A DNA stretch of 64,000 bases from Vezdaea acicularis (GCA_026025075.1 JAPEUI010000033.1:1-64000); one strand, 5' to 3'; positions 25,397 through 39,794 are shown, counted from the first letter of the stretch. Numbers and translations are program-made. The notes: a model not told the origin generated them from the sequence alone.

Positions 25397-26945
25397 TTAT
25401 CGCATATATACCGGTGGCGGTTCCATATGTCCCAACTCAACTCCCTGGCTTTGTTGGCCTTGCGCCGTACCCAGCCGCTCCTCTTCAAGGCCCTGCCTGA
25501 AGTTGTTCGCCGTCTGGCTCTGCAACGCCTCCGCCCTCCGCTTCCTCCGCTCCTTGAAGATTAGGAGTGCAGAGACGAATATGATCATGGCGGCGACTAG
25601 CAGACCGTAGGTACTTCCGTGGTCGGTCGTTGGGCCTTCGCTGCCGAGCTGGAAGCCGAGTCCGCCGTTTATTAGTCCAAGACCGATGATGATCGGGCCG
25701 GCGATGCGGTGGGCTAGGGTTATTTTCGACTTGTTGCCGGTTTTGAGGAACATCCGGTGGTGAAAGTAGCCGGCAGTTGCCTGGAGAATGGCGAAGGAGA
25801 CGACGATTAGGCCGATAATCTGATGGGGGGTGCGGACTTGCTTCGTCTATTCGGAAGTTCTACGATTTAGCAAGATTTTCGTAGCTTCCAAGGGATCATT
25901 CGACGCAAAGGGTGATTTGGAGCGATGCATACCTTATTGTAGAGAGTACTCTCATATAGTCCAATGGCAGCCCCAGCGACGAGCAAGACGGTCGCCACCA
26001 TGTTGTTAAGCCTATGCCAGGTTACGCGTTCAAATACCCGCAAGAAAATGACGCTTAACGGTAGCAATATCACAAAGGTACCCGCCATGAATAGTGCATG
26101 AAGAGGGATACCAACGTCGGCGTCTGAATGGGTGCCTCCTTCTGCCGTTGCATTGACTTGGCTAGACGTATCTGTCGGAAGCCCTCCGGTACCAGTCGCA
26201 CCAACCATGTCCATGTTGAAATGTCCATAGCCCGTGTGGCGCCGTAGACTGGCAGTCAAGCTTCCAGACTCAAGGGCTTCGTTTGGACCAAAAGCGTAGA
26301 TGAACTCCTGAGTATGTGACCTTTCGTCGAGACGGCCACCTGCCCATGAGCGGCACGTGTGACAGTGCCCGTTGATTACGAAGGTATTGTTTTGGTCAAT
26401 ATATGAGCCTGGCAGCACGTCGACTTTGACGTTTGGTGTGTAAGTGGGTTCTCTGTGGCCATCTCCGATGCGGGGGCTGATGGTCAGGTCTGTCTGTAGT
26501 CAGTTGAAACGTCTTGAAAACCACACCATCTGCCTGGAAATCTTTTGGGCGTAGACAATCATTCGGAGGTATTCAAGCGCGCATAACAAGACTTACTCCC
26601 TTGTTCGTTAATTGGATATGCAACAAAGATCAACGCCCCATCCATCAGGTTGCCGATGCCGAATGCAAGCCAAGAGTGGCTGTCGGCGTTGCCAGACATG
26701 TGGAAGTAGAGGTCATTGTCTCTGGTGACATTTGGTATGTTGAGCGCAAAAGTAAAGTTCGTGCCGTCACGGTAAGGCTCAATAAAGGTTGAGGATGCGA
26801 CTGCGGCGGATATGAGATTCGTGAAGAAGCCTTGGGTGGTCCTAATGTTAGCAACATGAAGAGGTAGGGAGGTGTCTTTGTGAGACACATGGTCGGACGA
26901 ACCGAGTACAAGGCCTACAACCACGACGCCCATAGATCGCAGCAT
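25397..26945 (-). CDS. Membrane protein with DOMON/CDH-cytochrome-like domain and cytochrome b561 domain
   Basis: Signal peptide; LYFHMSG..HSWLAFGIG.LMDGALIF; TISPRIGDGHREP; CHTC; LRRHTGYGHF; b561 histidines in LHALFM, TWHRL, PHQIIG and AHRIAG. Multiple introns. Confidence 0.88.
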
Positions 26946-27543
26946 GACTGCGCAATAGATACAGAAAACTCGCACAGCATAAGTTTTTGAAAAGAAAAGA
27001 AAGAAGGGTGTGAGGTTCCTTGCAGCCTGCGGTCTCAGGTCTTAGCGCGAGATGGACGGCGCGGCCGACGCTTGTTTTCGAGCACAGGGGGTGCGGCGGT
27101 CCAGGCCTCGGACGACATCTTGGAGCCATCTGACTGGGCCCTGGAGGCGGGCACTCGACATTGGCGAGATGGCGTGCAGCCAAGCCACTTCCCCCGTTGG
27201 GCTCAGCGAACGGCGCTTAACTGGAACGAGCTGCGCAAATCAGGATCGGCAGTGGGCTTGCCGGTCCAGGAGGTGCGCCAACTTTAGAATTACGCCTCTC
27301 CACATGTTATCAAAAGCTCCATGCTGGCCTGCGCAATCAAGCTACATGCGGAGCCGGCCCGTTGAACATGATGTATTATTGTATTTTGTTATATACATGC
27401 TGCGTGATTGGAAACCAGTTTTGGGTTTAATGAATTTCTGGCTCATTCCCGCAAACGAATGACAACATACGGCTGCTCCGTATCGATAATTGTGGATTAA
27501 TTCCATCAGATTTCTAGTCGTGTCATTGTAATGGTAGCTACAA

Positions 27544-30024
27544 TTACTTCTCGGCCCCCTCGAGCAGCTTTGTCGCTGCCTTCACCTGGCCCTCTATGAT
27601 TCGGGCCCATTTCTGTAGCACAGTCAGCATCACCATTCACCATAGTTGAGTACCAAGTCAGCTTACCGCGCCGTTATCCCAGTCTTTTGCATCGATGCTC
27701 TCGACAATACCAGGAAAGACCGCTCCCGAATATCCCGTCCAAAGGCCTGGTGCGAATATCGTATGTTTGAACAGTGGCCTATTATCCAGACCGCCTTCGT
27801 AAAGGAATGCCCGTTCGAAATATTTGTAGGCACCATTCGTCTTCCGTACTTTGATCATGAGCGCCACCTTTTTCCACCACTGCCACCATGGAATATCTTC
27901 TTTCAGCTTCTCAGCAAGTTCCGCAGCGCTTACATCAAAGCTTTTCGCAACAGGTCCGAAGTCTTGAATAGCACTGGCCAGGTCGTTGAGCGCCGCGGCG
28001 AATGAAGTCCAGTCAGCCTTCCCAAAGCCGTCCTTCTCCGCCGAGACGTCTTCAAGCTTTTTCTCAATACTCTCAAAATATCTGTGAAGGCCTTTTGAAT
28101 AGTCGGTAACATTAAGTGGTATGATAGGGGTCTCGATCAGCTTTGCCGCCATCAAAGCCCAGATTTTCGCTATTGCGACATGGTACTCCCAGGTGGGATC
28201 GCCAAACTTGTCCATCCAATACTCGCTGTCGTAGTTGGAGTGATAGTGATAAACTGGAGAGTCATACCCAGGGCGGAAGCCCATATCAACACATGGGATT
28301 CCTGCAAAGTCCTGGAACGCGGTGAAATCGCTGCCGCTGCCCATAGTCCTGATCTTACCATCCCACGTGTCTTTGATCGAATGGCCTCTCGTCTTATTTG
28401 GCGATGACACAAGCGAGGTAGTCTCATAGATGAGCTCGTTCAACAGAGGCGAGGCTGATGCATCATAATAGGGGCCAACAGCGCCAACGTCTACGTTCAG
28501 ATAGGCCACAGCAGTCGCCTGGAGCCATGGGAAGAACTCTTCAACCCATTCTGTGCTCCCGATCAGAGAGTATTCTTCCCCATCCCAGCTGGCAAAGATG
28601 ACTGTCCTTAGCGGCTTCCAACCTTGCGCTACGGCTTTTCCGAAGCTACGAACGACCTCATTTAGTGCCGCGGAGCCACTGTTGGGATCACCAGCGCCTC
28701 CAGCAATCCAAGCATCACGATGGTTGCCTATAACAATCACCTCATCTTGAACGGTGCCATTGATGATGCCTATCACGTTCCATAGGGGTGTAGTAACATA
28801 TTCTTGCTCATTGACTAGGTTTAGTTTGATGTCGTCTGGGGATGGACCAATGTTGTAATGAACTCCTTTGTAGCCGAGCCCACCGCCTTTCCAGTACTTG
28901 CTAAGCGAAGACGCATTCGGGCCATGACCATTCAAGGCTTTGAGCAGTGGGAGAGCATCTAGATAGGAGATTGGGAGGGATGGAATGCTGGGGATGCTTC
29001 CATTTGTGGGAGCACGAGGCACCCCTGGTTTCGAGGGGTAGCCAGGCGTTGTAGGATCCCCCGGGGCTATATCTTACGCATAAGAATCAGTATGGTTGCA
29101 ATTTAAAATCCAGGAAAGGGACTTACTGAGGTAATCTACGCTTCCCCGCTGTACGCTGCTGGGGTTTCTCGCTGGTCCAGCCGGGTAGGTCTTATACCCA
29201 TTGGCTTCTGTCATGTTTCCATCATCGCCAGGGTCACTATATATGACCACTCCTACCATTCCGAGTTCTTGTGCGCGTTTCACCTTGAGCCCCCTAAAGT
29301 TGCCACCGTATCTAGTAAGAGCGATCTTGCCCTCGAGCACGACACCGGCCTTTAGCAGTTCCTCGTAATCCCAATACGTGCCGTAATTACAGTAGACGTA
29401 ACCAGCCGTGACATTGCCGTTAGCGGAATATCCGTGAAACGTTGGGATTCGGTCGTCAAGGCCACTGGTAGGATCCTTGTTGAGAACGTCTTCCGTAAGG
29501 CTGGCCTCGAATTTGACCTTCCATCCTTTCTCCACTTCCGTATCCGCATCACGTTTGCTTTTGCCCGACTTCTCTAACAGTGCCAAACGGTGACCAATGG
29601 GGTAATTGAGGAAAACATCATAGCTGACCAGTGTACTATCTTCAATCCCGAACTCTTGCCATCTCTCCTGTGTCCATATAGCCTGGGAAAGGTTCTTGCC
29701 GGCAAGATGTGGGCCAGCCGTGTAGTAATCACTCCATTCTTTCGTCTTCTTGGCGTCTGGAGTCTTTAGTAGTATTTTCTGAAGGTCCTTGTATTCGATG
29801 CCCGAACTTTGAGGCCAATTCTGATGCGGATAAGGCGATTTCCATGGTAGGTAGGCAGATAGGTTTCCGAATCCAGCTGGGAAACAGAAAAGGATCACGA
29901 TAACAATGAAGGTCGTTGTGAGTGAGACTGTACAGAAACGACGGAGAGTATCGTGTGGATAGCGTCGCCGTTGTGGCGCGATGCGGACCGTAGTGATCAA
30001 CGGTGTTCGTTCGTCGTAGGACAT
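27544..30024 (-). CDS. M28 glutamate carboxypeptidase II-like protein (PA and TfR-dimer domains), Vps70/Tre family
   Basis: N-terminal TM anchor; HLAG, FRGLKV, SVQRGSV, GNHRDAW, AGDPNSG, SWDGEEY, GSGSDF and YHYHSNYDS. Two introns. Confidence 0.95.
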
Positions 30025-30449
30025 ACTGAGAAGTTACAGCGCAAGGCCGTTCAATGGCGGGGTACGCTGAGGAGCATCCGTGCTGGACTTAATAAAATTG
30101 ATTCTTAGAGATGCACATAGTAAGATAGGTCAATGCAATTATGAAGGAAATGCTTTTAAACCATTCAATAACGCAGTGCAAGCTGTAAAGGTTGGTGATG
30201 GCGGTAACCAGCCGTGACGCAGCGTCGGGGTTCCTTTGAGGCTCGAAGCCGATCGCTTAGTCACCAACCTCGGCGCGCCAAGCCTAGACCGTCGGCCCAG
30301 CAACGAAGTAGCCAAAGGCGAACCCATGGAGAAGAGAGAACAATTCGCTGGACGCGACGCGGGCCCTTTCCCATGATATCCAGAGATCTGATGCAAAGCT
30401 GTCTGTCTCAATCCTCGCCGGGTGCTGCGTACGTCGCAGTTTGTACAGA

Positions 30450-32636
30450 ATGGCGACGGGGAATGGCTCTATTGTTGTTCTCTCTTCATCGCCGCCACCT
30501 TCGCTGAGATCCCACGCCCCATCATCCAGCCCAGGACTACCATCGCCGTCGAATCTACTAAGCACGGCATCCACGAAGCTTGCAGCAGGCGGTAGCAAGG
30601 GTCAAGCGCCGAAAGATGCGTCCAGTGGCTTCACAAGCGCAAGGGTTTTACTAGAGAGGCCCCTCGAGGAGAACGCGGTGGTAAAGGAGAAAGTAGTGCA
30701 GGGAAAGAGGAAGATTAATGATGGGGAAGGGAGTCCGGGAAAGGCAACGAAATCAAGAAAGAAGTCCGGCGAAGAGAACGTCCCGCGGAAGTCTACGAAG
30801 GCGCTGAAAGATGCGGATGGTACCGGCGTGTCAGGTTCAAAGCCGACGAGGGGCCGGCCGAAGAAGACGGAGACTCAAGCCAAACTTCCGAAAAGGAAGG
30901 TCACGAAGCCGGGCAAGATAGATGAAGACTCGAGTGAAAAATTTCTCAAATCACGATACTTTCGCGGGGATGGGGCACATACAGTACAGATCGAAGGGGC
31001 AGAAGACCCAACGCTCAAAGCGTCAAAGGAAACGCTCGATCTAGCGCCTCAAAGTGCCCAAACTGCAGAGATGCCGCAGAAAGAGGTTCTCGCAGAGGAA
31101 GCAAGTCACTTCACGCATAACTCTGAGCAAGTTGATTTGGCCAATCCTGATCCCCAGCTCAGCAAAGCCCCGGCAGTCAAAGCGGTCCGAAAGCGAACTC
31201 GTCCCAAAAAGGTCTTTGCATGTTCCTGCCAAGAGCGTCGTAGCCACAACTGACATAATCTCTAGGACGCGAAAGTAGATCCTACCATCCTTAAGGATCC
31301 CAGCAAAGCGGCGAATCGATCCCCTAAAAAGCCGCGCGCCCCCAGAAAGAAGTCCTTGACAATAACCGCCCTAGCCACAGCCGCCTATCTCCCTGCTCCT
31401 CCTAAACCCGCCGAACAACACTCCTCCACCCAATCTGCGCTCCTAACTCACTTTCCTCCCACCCCCGCCTCTCCCAAAGATCCAGACCCCACCACCAAAA
31501 AGGCCCGGACCATATCCAGCAACCCGCCCAAACAACCCCGCCGCAAACCCACAACCAAAAAGCCATCTCCCTCCCCCCTCCTCTCCCCCACCTCCGCCAA
31601 AGCCCGCATCGCAGCCATCGACCCCCTCTTCGGGACCTCCTCGCAACTAGCCCGCGAATCCTCCCCCACCCTCGTCCGGGACATCCAAGCCGCCCTCCGC
31701 GCCTCCGAAGCCGCATGGCAGGATCCAGAACAAGACATGCCACTGGCTCTGGACGACCTCTGGAGCAGCTCCCGCCCGAGCGTTCTCCCCTCGCAGGAGC
31801 GCCTGGGCGAGAGTCCACCGCAGAGGAGGAAGAAGAAGGGCCTCTGGGCCGCAGCGAGTAGAGACGTCTATGGCGAGTTACTCGCCGTGGAAATCGTGGA
31901 TTTAGTGGACACGTCCGAGAAAGCGGCGGGTTTGCCCACCCCCGCCCCCTCGCTGGAAGGAGGATACGACGCAGCAAAACCCACGAATAACCTACTAAAC
32001 CCAGTACGCCCACCGGCACAGAATAGTCGACGCCCCACCTCCACGGACTCGGCGTCGACGGAAATCACAGGAAGGAGTACTCCACCACCACCACCACCCG
32101 CCCCAGCGCACAGCGCAGCAGTATCACCGCCCCCGCCTCCTCCCCCGCCGGCCGAGGAGAAACCGGATTACACACTCCTCCGCACGGCCGAGCTCACGGC
32201 TCTAGTGAAGAAATACGGGTTTAAACCGCTGAAATCCCGCGCGAAGCTCATTGCCCTGCTGGATACTTGCTGGGAACGCACTCATACCTCTCAGTCCTCC
32301 TCCTCCACCATCCTTTCCGTCCCTGCCAACCAACCTCTTCCTCCCCCATCCGAGCCCGTAACCAGCGCAGATCTCACCCGCGCCATAAAGTCCCAACCAC
32401 CGACACATTCCCCCCTGACCCCTTCCTGGGCCGAGAAGTTCCTGATGTTCGATCCGATCCCGCTGGAGGAGTTGACGGCCTGGTTGAACACGCAGGGGTT
32501 AAGGAGTGTGGGGGTGGGCGAGAAGGTTGGGCTTGAGATGGTGAAGACCTGGGTCGAGGGGAGGGGGGGCACGGTTGTGGGGGGGGGAGGGTGGCGGCGG
32601 GATCGGGAGAGGGGGGGGATGGGGGGTTTGTTGTGA
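30450..32636 (+). CDS. SLX4: Structure-specific endonuclease subunit Slx4
   Basis: LFGTSSQLARE, LWAAASRD, SAP-like LVKKYGFKPLKSRAKLIALLDTCW and C-terminal WAEKFLMFDPIPLEELTAWL. Intron about 31212-31265. Confidence 0.88.
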
Positions 32637-34300
32637 AGGGTTGGGTTAGGTTGGGGGCGGGGAAAAAGGGAAGGAGTCGGATTAAGTGCTTAAGCGGCGG
32701 TATCTTCAGGCCGGGTAGTCAACCATGATTCTCCCATCTCACGTCCCAGCGCATTCGGGAAGCGGTGCATCCGCAGTTCACATGTACTGTACCTCCATCA
32801 TCATATCATCTATTCATTCCGGAAAAAGGATATGCGCCTATTGTTGAAGATGTGGTGACCTATGTCTTCACACTATGTTATCTCCAGCGCTCAAACCCGT
32901 CTCGTCACGCTCGCTCTCCAACCGCGCCTCTATCAAATCTCGTCCTTCACCTCTCCCTCCCTCTCCTCCAGAACCCCCCCTCCAACCCCCCCTCCAAAAT
33001 CCGTTCTTCCGGTGCTCGAAAAGCCGGCTCTCTCTCTCTCTCTCTCATAGAGGCATCGAGGCTGTTACTCTCTCACCACGAACAGATAAGGTACGCGCCT
33101 TCCCTTGCGCGACACGAGGGCGTTGGTATCCATGGGCCTGAGCCTTGTAAAGCGGGAAAGCGGGGGGTGCTGTTGTTCGGGTTGGATTCTAGGAGAGTGC
33201 GTGGGCTGTGAGAGGAGGTTCTGGGGTGCTGGGGGGTTGGGGAGATGGATGATTAGGGGAAGGGGGTGGATTGGGGGGTTATGATGGGGTGGTGGGAGTT
33301 GGCGCAGGAGGTGGGAAATTCATCGTCTGGGGGGGTGGGGTTCTCTGCTGCTTGGGGCGCGTGTGTGTGGGCTTGAGGGCGGGTTGGGGGAAGAGGATAG
33401 GGGGATGGGGGTGGTGGTGGTGTTTGAAAAGGGTTGATGGCGTGGCATAATGTTGCAAGTGCTGAGGTAGTCTTATTACGTGGACATAAGCATTTCTTTG
33501 AAAATTCTTGAATGGCGTGGCATGATCGTGCAAAATGCTGAGGTGATAAGTCTTGTTTGCTAGAAGATAGGGAACAGAAGCAGGGGAGAGCTGGAGAGAG
33601 AATTGACGAGAAGGGTCATCTTCCAAAGCGTGTTCTCCATCGAAGTTCAAGTTCTCAAGTAAAACTGTGGCCCAGATGTACGCTGAAGGAGCTGGTTCGA
33701 AAGCCTATGGAGTAAGGGGAGGATTCGCAGGAGGTGAAGAGGAGGAGGAAAAAGGAGGGAGCTATGCTCGCATCGAGTATTGCTGATCGCCCAGTCAAAC
33801 GGACAGGATGAGCGCTGAAGTTCCATGTCGGTGAGGGTTATGGCGAGCTGAATCACAGGATCACACCTGTCATTACTCCAAGGGAAGTGACTCATCGAGC
33901 CATCTCGTGGCTGCCTCCCTTTGAGCTGATTCTGTGGTGATCATCATCTTGGACAGTAGTTGACGGGCGCAAGGCAGATAGCTTGGTGGTCTGGGGACAC
34001 GTCTCCGACTGCTTCGGGATCAAAGGCGTCGCATCTCAGGGCCAGTGATTGCGTACGTTTTCGTATCAACCACCAGTTTGGTTGTGTGTCATCGGCGGAC
34101 GAGTTAGAGAGCCCTATCATCAACGGTGGAGAAGATCGTCAAAGATGTCTGCCTTCTGAGCGTGATTTCAGAAGGGGCAATGAGAGTAGGGAGAGCCTTG
34201 CGATCAGCTCAGGTCGACTCTGCGTCCCCTTTTGCGTGTCTTTCACACCATCATTGGTCTGGAGACCCAGTGACGTGGGACTGACTATCTTCGGCTTTCC

Positions 34301-35158
34301 TCAACCAGCACCTCGCAAAGCCATCGCTCCGAGAATCGCAATCTCGAGATCCTTCACATCATTGCCTGGTGCTTGGACCACCTGCAGATCGCCAGCTGCC
34401 TCCTTTTTCTTGCCGTGGGCGCGATTGATCAGCTTGTAGACCTTCTTGATTCGTGCGAAATCTGCCGTCTCCTGCAGAATACTGTCGGCAAAGTCCACAG
34501 GCGTCCCTTCTACGACCGAGCTCAGATGCTCTTGGACCGACTCATGCGTGATGGAGGGGGCGGTGGAGACCTTGACAGCCAATAGATTGGTGGTCGAGTC
34601 CGTGACGCCAAACCGGCGAAATGATTCTGCAATCTGGCATCATAATTAGAGTCAAAGACTGGGAAACATGTGAAGACTAAGAAAAAGGCAGCCTCACGTT
34701 ATTGTTGGGGCTTAGGCAGAAGACAATCTCCGAATGCACGTTGCGTGACTTCAGACGATTGTGATTGAAGTCGTTGACGGCGCGAAACACAGCCGCCAGC
34801 GCGTGCACGCGGGACACGATCTGTCGATGCAATTAGCATTTAGAGTGACATAGCCCTTCCGCAAAAAGCATCAAGCGAGCAGACGAGACATGAAGCCGGT
34901 GATCGTGCGGCTGGAACAGGCAGCCAATGCCCGCCGAGGACGATTAGATGGCTCCGGGAATCTGAAACGCATGTGGGGGGGCAGCAGGAGGAGAGGGGAC
35001 GGTACCACCGACGCATCGACGAAGGCATATTCGTATTCCGGGTTCCCCGCGAGCAGCTGTTGCCGGAGCGCGGCGCCGTTTCGGACATCTCTAAATAGTG
35101 CGACATGCACCGACTGGTCGAGGGGAAGGTGCTCGAGACGAAACGTGTGTACAGCCAT
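34301..35158 (-). CDS. CGI121: KEOPS complex subunit Cgi121
   Basis: [63 protein letters not shown] and [12 protein letters not shown]. Two introns. Confidence 0.93.
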
Positions 35159-36594
35159 CGTCGGCCGCGTCGAGTTGCCCGCGGTCTGGCGCGAGGGCAG
35201 GGCTGAACCCTGGCCGAGGGTCGAGTGCGCCTTGGGGAACTGCCTCGCGGGGACCGGGTACCTGCTCGCTCGGAACAAAGCGAGAGACAAACGACCCAGG
35301 ACGTCAGGGTGAGTCTAAATCTAATTTCGGCGTCACCTCCTTTCTCGCTCCCTTTTTCTTTTCGGCGCGCGCTCGCTGCCACGATAAGGCTGACGGCAGA
35401 CGAAGTCGATCGTGGGATGACGCAGAGTCGTTCCTCAAGCTGCCCGAGTGAGGTGCTTGGCCCGATGCAAGACGCACCGCACTATTGGCAGGGACTGACT
35501 CCTCCCTTTCGCGTCCGAGTCACGAACCCCGCGACCTCACCGTCTGTTCGACGAGCCAGGCTGCAGTCCCCCCCCCTTATCGCTGCTTCATCAGCCTTAC
35601 GGGCCGGTCGTACGGATGGTGGAGGCCGCTACGATGACGGAAGACGAATGACGCACGCGCGATGCTGGCCCACGATGCGGTTGAGGGTGTCCGGGCGGGG
35701 ACGATGGAGGTTGACGGATGGAGGAGGGAGCTGGTGGAGGGCGATTCGGAGGGCAACACAGCCGACGGAGGGGGGAAAGGGCGTTGCAGCCAGCTCGAGG
35801 CCATCGCCAGTCGCTGCCCGTCCCCGTCCTGTGAGCAGCGGCCGTGGCTTGATCCGGCCGCACAGGTCGGTCGGTTGCAGACTTGGCGCAAGCGACAAAG
35901 CTTGGCGCGAGGATCACAGCCCTCGCCCTAACCCTATTGCACTGCGCGCGCCCCCTGCCAGGCCAGCCAGAAGCGCAGCCGATGGAAGAAGCCGACGTGC
36001 TGATTGGGCTGATGCTGCCGGCTGCACGTCGTAGGGCGACTAGCAGCGTTGTGTATATGAGAAAGGCCGGTGAAGAACCTGGAAACAGAAGGAGGACGCT
36101 CTCTCGATTAGAGCTTGCCCGCCGCCGTGATCGCATCATCAATTATCTATTAGAACCGTCCAGGCACGCCCCTCGCTGCGGTCGCTGTCGTGCGCTGGTC
36201 GCGATCCTCTTCATACCGTCCTTCGCTCATTGTCCGTCCGTCCGTCCATCCATTCCATCTCCCCTCTTACCGACCCGACCGCCGGCCTCGTAGGGCGCAC
36301 GGAACCGAGTCTCAGCTCGCTCAGCTCCGCACGTGATCGCCCCATTGCGCTGGGCTTGGCCGACGTCAGAACCGAAACAGGAACCGACGACGAAGGAGAG
36401 CGACCGAAGGAGACGCGAGAAGGAGCACGAGAGACGCTGGATTGCGGCGAGGCTTCTGCCCCCCCCTCCCGCCGGCACTCGCTTGGCGACGGTTGTCCTA
36501 CCGTCGATCGGCACGTGACTGAGGGTCTCAAGCAGGGCGCCTCCAACCAATCACGGCACATCGCTACGCCACCAATCATAACCCCTCCCCGGCG

Positions 36595-39500
36595 ATGGAT
36601 TACTCGCCCGACTACTTTTCCTTGCCATCTCGAACGGAGTCCTCTTCAGCGCCGCCGCCAAGGACCACCGACAACTCCCATTTTGGCCTGCAACCCCAGG
36701 GTCAGGCCGAACTCCAGCTCGATCCCGTCGTCTGGCAGCATCCCCAATACGCCAATTACCTGACCCCGCAGTCCGCGCACCTTCCCATACATACCGGGCA
36801 TTATAGGAGACGGTCACCTGCTTCGGCCTCTCCAACGTCGGGTTTTACCGTACCTACGGCAAGTTCCATCGCGACAGAGAGATCCAGAATGGGGCCGAAA
36901 CGCTCGTCTTCTGGAGTCTCACCTGGCGACGCTCCGCCGAGTTCAAAGGTGAAGATCAATCAACCCACGTCGGCGGATGCGGGCCATGGGAAGCCGCGGG
37001 CAAAGGGCCACCCGGGCCGTACGGGACAGGCGTGCGACCGATGCAAGGTGAGCAATTCCTGAATTCAAATCAAGAGGACGCGAGAAGGGTTGAGGGGATA
37101 TCGTCACTTTTCGATCGAGCGGTACATGGCCAGCACGATGCACCACGCGTCGTCCCCGAACGAAGCGCTAACTTTACAACCCTAGAATCGCAAGATAAAG
37201 TGTGATGATGAGACACAAGCCTGCAATAATTGCCGCGTGGCAGAAGCGGAATGTCTGGTGACAGACCGCAACACCGGGAAGGCCCTACCACGGGGTTATC
37301 TGGAGAGGTTGGAGCTGCAAAACGTGGCCTACCACCGACATATCGAGGAACTCACCGAACAACTGCGACAAGTGGGGATCACACCGCGGCCTGCTCCAGC
37401 TCTTGCCGGTCATGGTTCGGGCCCGATCGCGGCGGGCAGCACCACCGTCCAGGGGCTCGCATGGAACTCGTCGCAAGGCTTCCATGGGGAGGGGATGAAT
37501 ACGGATCCGATGGCACAAGCGATCATGGCCAGTATCGCGACTTCCACCTCTCCATCCGGTCCGCTCGACCGAAGCCTTTACAAAGAGCCGCCGACGTTCA
37601 GGACGGGATGCCATGGGGACAACTACCTCGGCGTTTCTTCCGACAAGCACGTCAGCAACATCTACGGCACGACTCTTCAGCTGCTTGGAATGAAGATCGA
37701 CATTGCCGACTTCCCCTCGAGCGAGATGGATCAGAGTGGTTTACACAACAAATCATACGAGAGCTTACTCAGTTCGATGTTCAACGTCAATAAGAGGATC
37801 ACTCGAGTCGACCTGCCTCCCCGCACGGAAGGCATGCAAGGCGCAGAGATATATTTTGTCTCGACCAACTCATTCCTGCCGCTGCTCCACAAACCCACGT
37901 TCATGACGCTGGTATGTACCTGATCTTGCAAACGTCTTCAGACTGCCTGCTGATATGATTCGGTAGCTTTCTCGATTCTATGATGATCCGACCTTCAAAC
38001 CATCGGCTGCAGAGAGCGTCATGGTGCATATGGTGTTCGCCATCTTCTACTTTCAGTCAGCCGCTCGGAACGATGATACAGAGAAACCGGCCAAGACCCA
38101 AAGGTCGAACCTGCACTACCACTATTCTCTCGGCTTCTTCCACGATCTGATGCTGGGCCACTCTCTGCAAGACATCCAGGCGTTGGGCCTGATCTGCGGT
38201 CACCTACGAAATTTCCCGAAGCCCGGCGCCAGCTGGATGATCACCAAGATATCGCTAACGCTCGCGAGTGAGCTGGGACTCCACCGGTCGGCGCAGCGTT
38301 GGACCAGCCCTCTGGCCCAGGAGAACCCGCTAGAGTTGGAGATGAGGAAGCGAGTCTTCTATTCCATCTTCTCTCTCCACATCCTGCTCAGCGGAAAGCT
38401 GGGTCGACCCATGGCCATGCGACTGGACGATTTTGACATTGAATTTCCGGGTGCCATTGACGACTCGCAGATCTCGGAAAGTGGCATTGATATGTCACGG
38501 CCGGCCAAGTGTTCCTTTGAAGTCGGACTCGCAGCAGCAAAATGGCAGATACTGTCTTTGGAGCTATACACAACCCTGTACACAGTGAAACGGAACCTCA
38601 ACGACCTTCCAGCAAAGCGTCAGGCCCTTGAAGCTAAGCTCGAGAGATGGTACGAAGAACTCTCGCCCGAGATGAAAATCAATCCGTCTCAGAGCGTGCA
38701 AATGGATGGGCAAGGCATGGTCTTTGCGCTCTGGCTCCAGATGTTGTACCTCGAGTTCAGGATGCTCCTTTACCATCCCTCCATCGATATCAATGACAGT
38801 GCCAAGTCCTATCGAAGTAGTCTAGAGATTTGCCAGCAGACTGCAAACCAAATGAGATGGTCGCTCGGGCAGCTGATGCAGCTGAGGAGTCTGGACACGA
38901 CATGGTATAATGCATCCGTCGATGTAATGGCCATCACCGTCACATTGTTTGCCTATTATGAGAGGAAGGACGAGCTCTCCTATAGCGACGTCGAAGACCT
39001 AAGTAACCAAATGGACCAGTGGCTTGTGATCATAAGTGCCGTCGGAGGACTTCTGGGTGAGTACTACGTGGCTACAGCCCTGACAAGATTGAATATGTGA
39101 GGACTGACCGTTAGCAGGATCTGGAAACCGTCTGAATGAAGCAGTGAGCGTTGTCTCGGCTCGTACCATCGCCGCAATCAAGAACCATCTCGACATGAGA
39201 GCCGCCAATCTGGGGACTGGTAGGCGACACTCAAGCCACTCCCCGGCCGGCAGCCACCGATACATCTCCCCTGAGACTGCCATGGGCGATGCAACAGAGC
39301 CGTACCAGCCGAACCAGCAATATGCATACCCCGACCCTAACTCGATATCCAGCACGGTCCCCTACAGCGGCCAGAACCAGATGTACAACCAAAACCCCTA
39401 CAACAACGAAGGCAACCTCAACGTGCGATCGCTCGCCCACGTCGCCGCCGCCGCCACCGAAGCCGCGCGGGACCAACCCGAGCAGAAAGTCGCCTTTGGA

Positions 39501-39794
39501 CTCTTCCCCGGCCAGGGATCCGCTGAAGCATACGGACCCGGCCCGCAAGCATGGGCCACCTGGACCCGTTCCGTGACCGATAATCTCGCCGCGCAGGACG
39601 CTTACTCGGCTTCTGCACTGATGGAGCTGGGCGGCCGAGACGTCAGCGCCGCCGAGCAGCAGAACCAAGCTAACCTGAACGCCAGCGCCGCGGGTCCGGA
39701 CGCCAATGCTGCCGCCCAGGCTATGGCGGGGAACCATCAGCACTGGCCACAGCTGCTCTTTGACGTTTCGGGAGGGAACCAGCATAATGGCTGA
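36595..39794 (+). CDS. Zn(II)2Cys6 transcription factor with fungal TF middle-homology domain
   Basis: After splicing 37048-37185: ACDRCKNRKIKCDDETQACNNCRVAEAEC (CX2CX6CX6CX2CX6C). Also FLPLLHKPTF, ELGLHR, EMRKRVF and LGRP. The start could alternatively be MGPKR near 36889. Confidence 0.93.

Noticed and set aside
32685..32790. Possible 5S rRNA (CTTAAGC and CTTCCCG words)
   Set aside because: Motif order and terminal stem do not fit the fungal 5S consensus.
35225..36763. Overlapping GC-rich ORFs between CGI121 and the Zn2Cys6 gene
   Set aside because: Arg/Pro/Ala-rich shadow ORFs in a divergent promoter/UTR region; no motifs.
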